A DNA stretch of 59,249 bases, counting the filler, from Sphacelaria rigidula (lineage: Eukaryota): the NCBI GenBank assembly GCA_964200075.2. It is 6 parts of 6 records of this genome, joined end to end, with 100 filler letters (N's around TTAATTAATTAA, not from the genome) between each part and the next. Parts side by side here need not be neighbours in the genome. Positions count along the whole stretch, not along the records: positions 49,460 to 59,249 come from CAXNAA020007756.1; 5 more parts are not named here. The stretch is one strand, 5' to 3'. A model generated the notes under the pieces. That model ran no database searches. It saw nothing but the letters and a program-made list of their open reading frames with translations, and was not told where the DNA came from. A program made the translations under genes and the position numbers. This document shows, piece after piece, positions 50,785 through 59,249 of this stretch (within the stretch, counting starts at the first letter, position 1; each line of letters begins with the position of its first letter).

Positions 50785-53700
50785 TCATAGCTCGGCCTTC
50801 ACCTTCGGTGCCCCTGGCCCCTTAACCTCGATCAACTCTAGCTCAAATACGAGCACTGCCCCAGGGGTGATGAGCTCCGAGCGTTTCGAGTCCCCATATG
50901 CCAGTTCTGATTTCACACACATCGAGCGCAACCGAGTGCAAGGGGAACGACAAGGAAACATTGCACAGGGGAGAAAAAAAAGGCCCCTTTCACTGATCGA
51001 TCGACTGTTACACGCCGACTAATCCCCAACATAGACGTACCCGAGGTGAACAGAGCAGGAGCAGTCGACAAAGGGATGGAATGAGAGAAACATGAGACAT
51101 ACGGAAAAGTGCACACGGGCATCCAATTAAACAACCGAGACTTCCATTCGAAAAGGAAAGGGTACAGTGCAGTGGGAGCCGTGTGCAGTATGCAAATGGT
51201 GCACGCGTACATGTGGTCTCCGCAGCAGAGTTGAACGCGACAGGAGCAACACTGCACAAAAGTAAGGGAGGGGCGCGCTTTTCAACCACGGCGCCACATA
51301 ACATCCACCTCTCTCCTGTCCAACTACTTCAGTGAACGGAACTGCCGTTCGGTTGTGTGTTGTCGTGTGCGGAGAAGAACAAGCTCACCAGACGGAATCA
51401 CCAGTTGCCAGGTATCTCCTTCGACCATCATCTGCATTGCCTCAGTCCAGCCCTTGATCACCTGGCCATGCCCATGCAACAGAACATAGCTTGCCTTATG
51501 GTTTCATCAGGCAATTCTGACTCGTGCCATTTGTTTGCATCGACCACGAATCGCACAGCCCTTCCATCAAAGGAACGGCAACGATCTCCTTTATTTGTAC
51601 GTGATACAGGCTGGTCCCACTACATGAGAGGGGAAAACTGCCTCCCGGGGGCAACCAGCCGAAACATGAGGAACATATATAACAGAACAAAAAGTGGGTT
51701 GCCTACTACAGTACAACCAGCCGAGAGTACCCCGTGTACTCAGATCGATCATTCGCGGACTTTCATTACTTCCCACTGTGCCGACATATATGGTGCGGCC
51801 TCGGGATGAAAGTTAGGCCGTGTCTTACCGAGACCGAAAAAGAAAGCGGGAAAAGGAATGAACTTCCAAGCACAGCATGTTGATTGGTAGCCGCAACCGT
51901 TGACCCGGCCAGCGATCGATCAACGCGATACTTTTGAACCCATATCGTCTTCCCGCCTTTTTTTTTCTTTCCTTGCTCTCGATAAGAGCGTGTCTTGGCA
52001 CTTTTTTTTCGATCGAAAAAGTGCGGTCGAGTTTTTCTTGCCAATCTGATTGGCCCACCGCATTTATATTCCTGGAAGGCTTCAACTCAGAATTATAATA
52101 AGAGAATTACTCGAGGTATAAAATGATCGTTTACGATCAAAAACATGCGGTCGACAGGAAAGAAGCGGCACTTGACCCCTGTCTCACAGACCACCACGCC
52201 AGATAACACCCGTTCACAGGACCATCCTGACTCTATCCAACTCATTTTCAGCTACCACCACAACCCTGGAGCATAGAGCACGAGTTGAGCTCGGGGATAG
52301 ATACACTGCAGTGGTTGGGTGTGCTTTGTTTATGTTTTGTTCGAGAAAACTGGCGCATCTTTTTCCATGGTGAGGATTAGCGACGGAACTGCGTGGTACG
52401 GTGGGCAACCGAGTTGCGTGCACGCCAATGGACAGTGCAGGAAGTACAAAGCTACACGTTGCCGAAGTCCTTTTCACGTCGCCTTGTAAGCACAGAGAGC
52501 CGATAGTCCTGGGCTGTCTGTGCACGTTTTGCGCTTCTCTTTTTACATCCTCCTGCACGAAACACGCACACACGCACTCAAGACACTGCTTGCAAGTCGT
52601 GCAGGCAGTACGGACTGTCTGCACTGTGCACGAGTGACCATGTACCGTTTCACGAATATATTATCACCGTCTTTTTTTCCGATCGAAAGCTTGAAAATCC
52701 ATCTGGACCCAACTGCATCAAAACGAGAGAATTTCGCTCAAATCGATTACACCGCGCCATTTTTTTCGATCGAAAAAAACAGGTGCCAAGACACGCGATT
52801 GCACACGGCCTTGGGGGAAGGGTTAATGCAAAAATCGGCATGAATAAGCTCTCGCTAGATCGTTCTGAAATTTCGTGTGTGCGCTACGGACACCATCAAT
52901 AAGGCGACGGCGACATCTGCTCCGACATCCAAGTCCTCCACGTTTCAGTCATTATCATCACAAAAGTTTGAGAAAACATTTACCAACACGTTTTGAGTTT
53001 TCCAAGGGCCTCGGGGATGAACAATCCTTGGATGCCGTATCCGAGGTTCGTGAGAGCATCTGATATTTTGACGAGAGGTGCGCATCGACAATTTGAAGGC
53101 AGGCTTCCAACTCAAGATGACGGCGGAATTTTTTTTAACGAAGTTCAATCACAATCCATCACAAAAGTTTGAGAAAACATTCACCAACACGTTTTGGATT
53201 CTTCAGGGGCCTTGGAGATGAACAATCCTTGGATGCCGTATCCGAGGTTCGTGAGAGCATCTGATATTTCGACGAGAGGTGCGCATCGACAATTTGAAAG
53301 CAGGCTTTCAACTCAAGATGTCGGCGGAATTTTTTCGACGAACTTCTGTCTAATGAACCGAAACTTCCAACCAAGAAAGAAAGGATCAGGAATGATGGCC
53401 TTCACATGGTCTATGCACTCCTTTCCTACGAATTTCAGGTCGTTTTCAAGGCCGTCCACTATCGAATCATTCTTCCATCGAAAAAGTGCAGCGGGAAAGC
53501 AAAAATCCGGTCTGATATGTCAGGATAGGTCATCCATGTCCGCGTCAATAAATTTGGAACGGCGACCCATCAGATCGGGAAATTTATTTTCTGCCGCATT
53601 CTTTCGATCGAAGAAAAAGTTGATGAGATACGGTTGAAGTCTCAAGTAATGGCACCGGCCTAGATCGTCCTGCGGTGCACATTTCAAGTACTCGCGCGTC

Positions 53701-54185
53701 GGTGAAAAGTCACACCCGATAACTCGATAACCCGATGAACCGAACAGCCACACGCTCATCATCAGCGGACACGAAGTTCCACGCAATATCGCTCCGGTGC
53801 AGCCCGACCCAAAAATTGGCAAACGTCACCTCATGTGTACCCGCGTTCGGAACACTTTAGACAGAGGGCATGTATATGAGGTATGAGACCACTAAATCAT
53901 TATACAAAGCCAATTTTGGTGCTTTATTATAGAAGAGCTCGGGGGATATCCTCGAGCACATCGTGATATTTTGTATCTATGCAATACATATTTGATCACG
54001 ATGTCGATGCTGGAACATGATACGCGTCTCCATTCGACGGCTTAGTAAATATCCAACACAGGCAAAACAAGCTCCTCCGGTGAATCGTCTGGTCTAATGT
54101 ACCGACTCTACCTGCTTAGGGGCGAAGGTGGCGGGCTTGCCACGCTTGAAGGAGCTGTCAAATTCTTTTCCATCGATCGTCTCAC
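50785..54185 (-). CDS. FKBP-type peptidyl-prolyl isomerase, last three exons (54185-54112, 51461-51389, 50906-50785)
   Basis: Spliced product GETIDGKEFDSSFKRGKPATFAPKQ|VIKGWTEAMQMMVEGDTWQLVIPS|ELAYGDSKRSELITPGAVLVFELELIEVKGPGAPKVKAEL*. Exon phases match. Absent from the ORF track. 5' exons not found. Confidence 0.93.
52956..53346. repeat. Tandem duplication, ~201-bp unit, two copies (intronic)
   Basis: CATCACAAAAGTTTGAGAAAACATT starts at 52956 and again at 53157; the copies align throughout. Confidence 0.9.
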
Positions 54186-54234
54186 CTGGAGCAGACAGAC
54201 AAAATACAATCGCGGGGGGATCGTCGGCGATAAA

Positions 54235-54637
54235 TGAGACATGACGTCATACAGATCAATATTCATGGCGATCCGTATCGCACGACACAGTTGTGGGGAA
54301 ACGACTGAATTTGATGCGTGCTACACGCGTCACAAGTGGGGATAGTGCAAGTTTACGTTTCGGTCAGCAGTACCCCCACGGACCACGAACGGGAAAAAGA
54401 AGACAAGTATATACTGTTGACGAATCACGATAAGTGAGACATGTCGTACAGATCAATATTTATGGCGATCCGTATCGCACGACACAGTTGTGGGGAACGA
54501 CTGAATTTGATGCGTGTTACACGCGTCACAAGTGGGGATCGTGCGAGTTCACGTTTCAGTCAGCAGTACCCCCACGGACCACGAACTGAAAAAAAAAAAT
54601 AGTATATATTGTTGACGAATAACGGACGGGTGAGACA
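54235..54637. repeat. Tandem duplication, ~200-bp unit, two copies
   Basis: ACAGATCAATATT.ATGGCGATCCGTATCGCACGACACAGTTGTGGGG occurs at ~54251 and ~54448. Confidence 0.9.
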
Positions 54638-55824
54638 CGTATGACGTAGTGAACAACTCGTGCACATAATTCGTTCAGCACAAATCACGAATGGATTAAG
54701 GGTATATTTGCGAAACTTCGCACGAATGACGAGCGAGAAAATAAAACATTTGATTTCCTGGAGCATGGATCATGAACGGGACGCGAGTGGAAACCGGGGT
54801 GTAGGCGACGAACGAGGTTTGAGCGAAACCCCCTTCAAGGTCATTCGAAAGTATAAAGATCCCGTAACTCATACCCGTAATTCATAATGCACCTCGGATG
54901 GCCCGAGAGACAGCAGTGTTTCGCCACTTCGAACGTGAAAATCACATCCGGGAAGAGAGACAGGGAGAGAGACAGGGAAGTGATGAGAGGCGTTCGGTGA
55001 AGTTGAGAATGGCGTCGTTTCTTTTAAAGGTGCTTGAAGTCGTGTAGCTGAGAATGTCAACAGACGCCGGAAAGATAGTAATCATGGGAGTCAGGATGCG
55101 GATCGCGACGGCAAACCTCAAGCATATACTGTGTACAACCCGGTCACGTCCCAACTTCCGCAAAATATCCCTTTGTGTCTCGCATGCGGAGTAAGCAAGT
55201 ACTTCAAATGCGACACTGTAGCACTCCTCCCCGACGCTGTAAGCGGAGAGGTTGAGCGCACAATACTCCCACAACCAGAAGAGAAACGTGATGGCAACAT
55301 ACAGCGGTGCAACGACTAGCGCAAAAAGGCCATACCCACAAATTTGGCGTGGGTTGCGAGTCTCCGTCGAAGATTGATCATGAGGTGATCTCCGTGAACT
55401 CACCAGCACGGTAAATTGATGCTGCAATGCCGTGAGAGTACTCAATACAAACCACTGCCCGCGCATATTCGGGGAGGGGGGTTTCATGAGGCGTGGGTTC
55501 CACAATGCCTCCCACATGTGTTCAGGGACATCACAATTCGTGCGTCGCAGGGGTATACCATGTGCGTACTTGGGGGAGGGGATAAAACAACATATTCCCC
55601 GGGGTGTATGCACTCCCTTCAAGATACACGGAAGATATCACAAGTTAGAGTAGAGTGACGGTTTTCTTTTGATACCGGTCACGTGCTCGGATGCATCGTT
55701 ACTGTTATGCAGCCGCAAAAAACTCACATCGGATAACACCCCCTTGCCGCTGAAATTGTTCGAGTAGAGGATGCGTTATTTTTTTCCCCGGTGCGGAGGG
55801 CCGAGGAGGGGGTGACGAAGCATT

Positions 55825-56453
55825 CACAGGAACCGTAGGTAAGGTACCGTACCGATCGTAACCCCGGTATTTACAGGGGTATCCCATACCGTGGTATGCG
55901 TGGGTATCGTAGGAATGAGTTTTGAAAATACCTGATTGAGCGGGTACGGTAGGTGATGAAATCTCGACATACCGTAGTATCGTAGGTATGAGTTTTGAAA
56001 ACACCTGATCGAGTGGCTACGGTAGGTATTGGTGTCTTGAAATACCGTGGTATCGTAGGTATCGTAGGTATCGTAGGTATTGCATATGAAAATACCCAAT
56101 GAAGCAGGTACGGTAGGTGTGACATTTGAAAATACCCGATTGGGTCGGTATCGGTAGGGTATGAGATGTCCCAAATACCAGTACCGGGTAACGAAAATAC
56201 TCGATTGGGCGGGTACGGTGGGTATTGAAATCTCAAGATACCGTGGTATCGTGGGTATCATAGGTATGACATTTGAAAATACTCGATTGGATCGGTATAC
56301 CTAGGGTATGAGATGTCCAAGGGCAGATCGAGTAGAGTATATTCAAATGCGGGGTATTTTGAAAGAGGTACTTGGGGTAAACTCTACTCCACCTACCCTT
56401 GGAGATGTCCCAAATACCGGTAACGGGTACCTACCTTACCTAGGGTGTCTATG
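55825..56453. mobile_element. hAT-type MITE with dense GGTAT motif arrays
   Basis: Imperfect TIRs CACAGGAACCGTAGGTAAGGTA / TACCTTACCTAGGGTGTCTATG. 8-bp TSD GAAGCATT / GAAGCATG. Internal repeats GGTATCGTAGGTAT and TTTGAAAATAC. Confidence 0.8.
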
Positions 56454-56619
56454 GAAGCATGACCGTACGTACGGTGAGAATGTTTCAACGATCCCTTTCG
56501 CATGATTTGGGGCGGCACTATTTCCATGTAACAGGCCCTTGCGGTGCATTACGACAGAAGCCGACATTTGACAATTGGACCGGTAAGCGCTCTTTGTTCA
56601 CGGTTCAGACTCCACCAGC

Positions 56620-56695
56620 AATCAGTCGTCCACGGACTCGAACCCACGACCTCTTACGTCACGAGCAGACATTCGACCATTGAACCACTATTGAG
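56620..56695 (-). mobile_element. tRNA-derived head (SINE-like or pseudo-tRNA)
   Basis: Minus-strand A box TGGTTCAATGG and B box GGTTCGAGTCC at tRNA spacing; no acceptor stem. Confidence 0.45.
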
Positions 56696-59249
56696 CGCTC
56701 ACTGGCCGCGTGCTCGGATTAATTGTTGCCCGACCGCAAACGGCTCAAAACAGGCACTGAGCCTACATATAGGGTTAATAATTATGGGTGAAAAGGTTTT
56801 TCGACAAATAATATTTGAATACACCATAGTGCGGCGACCTCCTCTTTAATTAGATGAGAAAAACGAGTGGAATGTGAGTCGAAAAGTAGCCAATGATTGG
56901 CCAACACATAGCGCCACTGCGAGGCAGACAGCTGCTACCGTCAATAAATGTGGATACAGTATATCTGTGCTGGCTCAGTTTGTTTGTCCCAACCCGCAAG
57001 CACCCGCCTTGCGCGTTTTCCCCGATCACAACGGCCAACTAAAACTGAAGTACCAGGGAAGATGCACCAGACAGCTGCACAGCCGTCACGTGACGATTGT
57101 TTCAACCTTTCTTTGTTTGGACAGCACTTTGATCATATCCCAATTATGTGCAGACCACAACGCAGCATGCAGCAGTACAACTGTTCAGACACTCTCCAGC
57201 GCACATCGCACCGTGCTCGTCGTAAAGTGTTTAGATGCACAACAGCATAGTAGCGACAACTGCAGCATATAAATGATGGGTTTGGGAAGCGCCTTGTTCG
57301 TTTGACTCAAGACGAAACAGCCAACACATTATGAACCTTTCGACAGTGTGTAGAGAGCACTGCGTGCCGATATTATTCTTCATAGAGACGGACGGAACGA
57401 CAATATAAAGCAACTCAGGCATTCCCAGCGGAGATCAAGCTGTCTCCACAAAAGCCTGAAGACGCCACAGCGCAGCGACAGCTACAGCACACGAGACAGA
57501 GCATGAGTGTGTTTGTGCTGCAGCACGGCAATACAGGACATGTCCCATTCGATAGTTTTTGCCCTGATTTCGGGTGGCTCTTCGATTTTTGCCGAAGTGG
57601 CGTTTTTCAAACACTCGGCCATAATCGCGCTTCGTGCGAAAATATTTCATTTCACTTTGAGTCACCCCCATCTGTGGGAGGTGAGCCTCGAAACACCCCC
57701 TTGCCGTCGGAATTGTTTCAGAAGAGAATGCGGTGATTCCGTAGGCGGGAGAGAGGATTGAGACGGAAATGGTTCATCGAGCAGTAAAACAAGATGGGTA
57801 CCTTCGAACGGTGTCCCCCGCGAATTCGGGAGCATTGCAATCCATACGTACCGTTTTTATGCAGGTCGGGGCACCCATTGGGGTTATCGCACAGGGGTGC
57901 GATAAATAAGAAACATCGAAATGATTTCCTTCGATTCTTGGACCGGTATCGGAGTCAACGCACCGGGAAGCGGTAAATCCGGGAAAACCTCACTTCATTT
58001 TTTCATGTGTGAGGTTGCCTCCTTCAATACCGCAGGTGGCTCCGGGACACATATTTAGCTGCAACACTTTGCGAGGAACTTCATCCGGAGGTATATACTT
58101 ATAATCTTAGCGTTACATAGAGTTGACAATCACGGTATTTTCGCCGCGCTTTGAGGAGATTCTTGTATTTTGCCGCGTTTTCTATCGTCATGTTTTCCCT
58201 GCCGGATTGCGGCAGCTGGTCTGTGTTTGGTGTCGTGTTGTGTGCTTCGCGCACCAGCACTTTCTCCCTCAGACAGATGTCTATATACAGAACTACTGTA
58301 TATACAAAACACCCTGGTATTCACCAGTGAAGTCGCTCTGGTTATATTCAGTAGCGCCACCCATCGGAGTTATCGCACCGGGGGGGGTGAGTTGAAAGAA
58401 CAACACAATGATTAAATTCCGTTTCTGCTGCGATAAAAAAAATATACAATTGATGAATCAAAGATTGTTTGAGGACGGATGGCTGGATGGTTGGTTGGTT
58501 GGGATTGACTTTTATTTTTCGGACAAGCGAAAGACAATATCGGAGTCGACGCACCCGTGGTAGTTATTACACCGTGGTGTGAAGAGAACGGGGTGGGTTT
58601 GTCATAACTCTGGCGACACTGTATCCATAATTGACCCGTTTTTGAAATAACGCTAACGCCAGCCCCAACCCCCAACCCAAGGCAGGCCGAAAAACCAACG
58701 GGGAAGGGGTGTGCAAAGGGTGCCCAAGGCAAAGTGTGCAATGGCAGACCTCGAATCGGCTGCTGCGGCGCCAATTGTGGACAACGTCGGGCTCTGCGCA
58801 CGCTCGGAAGCACTTGGGGGGGTGTCAGCCCTCCTCGAGATATAAATCTCGGTGTTGACACAAATGAAGTTATATGAATCAGAGATAAAACAGCTCGGGA
58901 CTCGGACAAACGCTACTGAAAATAAAGGCAAAAAATGAGATGATCTAGAAAACGATCGCACCCCAGTGCTCATGACTGAGGTAAGTAAATACCCTCGCCC
59001 ATGTAACTTGTAGGAACGCATTTGATTCATCAATCGACTTGCACGCGCCGCTCTCAAGTCCGTCTCCGTTCCTCTTTCGGGGCGACAGCCTTCTCCACCC
59101 CCCACGTTCCCCTGCTGACACGGACTGTATTCACCACCCTCTCTAAGCCCTTCGTTATCTCCACCCCCCCACGGTCGGTGACGGGGATAAGATATGTAAG
59201 AGGTTCTTGTGTAATGTATGGAAGAAACGTAATGAGCTACAGAAGGAAA

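Noticed and set aside
54869-54940. VHY-containing segment as the missing upstream FKBP exon
   Set aside because: The flanking sequence lacks FKBP motifs and the donor position does not give the HYxG junction.
54942-55622. 226-aa ORF with a hydrophobic segment
   Set aside because: No recognisable motif, a non-ATG start, and no splice link to the FKBP. It cannot be supported without expression data.
55825-56453. CRISPR-like array or repetitive protein (IPTIP ORFs)
   Set aside because: Repeats are degenerate and irregular with no unique spacers. TIRs and an 8-bp TSD explain it as a hAT MITE.

Overview
This is eukaryotic, intron- and repeat-rich DNA, most likely a brown alga (inferred from intron style, gene content and TTAGGG-type repeats). 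It is not one locus. Five identical 100-bp spacers (N44-TTAATTAATTAA-N44) split it into six pieces of 9793, 9793, 9791, 9791, 9791 and 9790 bp, the pattern of length-sorted unplaced contigs joined end to end, so adjacency across spacers means nothing. Five partial spliced host genes were reconstructed by hand with phase-consistent GT-AG exons: an ankyrin-repeat protein, a GT92/GT-A-like glycosyltransferase, a gelsolin/villin-like protein with a 331-aa acidic insertion inside one repeat, a Ser/Thr kinase with haspin-like features, and an FKBP-type PPIase ending KAEL. Mobile DNA includes a degenerate Ty1/copia 5' half, the 5' end of a LINE with an RRM-like region in frame with the APE endonuclease, a probable Mutator/SWIM relic, and many MITE families. 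One MITE family has TG..CA ends, 4-bp TSDs and internal TTAGGG repeats. The best candidate for something new is a degenerate Ty3/gypsy element. Its integrase appears to end in a chromodomain followed by a second, Tudor-like module, and its long RNaseH-integrase linker contains an H3-tail-like motif (KAPRKST). All family calls are by-eye motif recognition; no searches were run.
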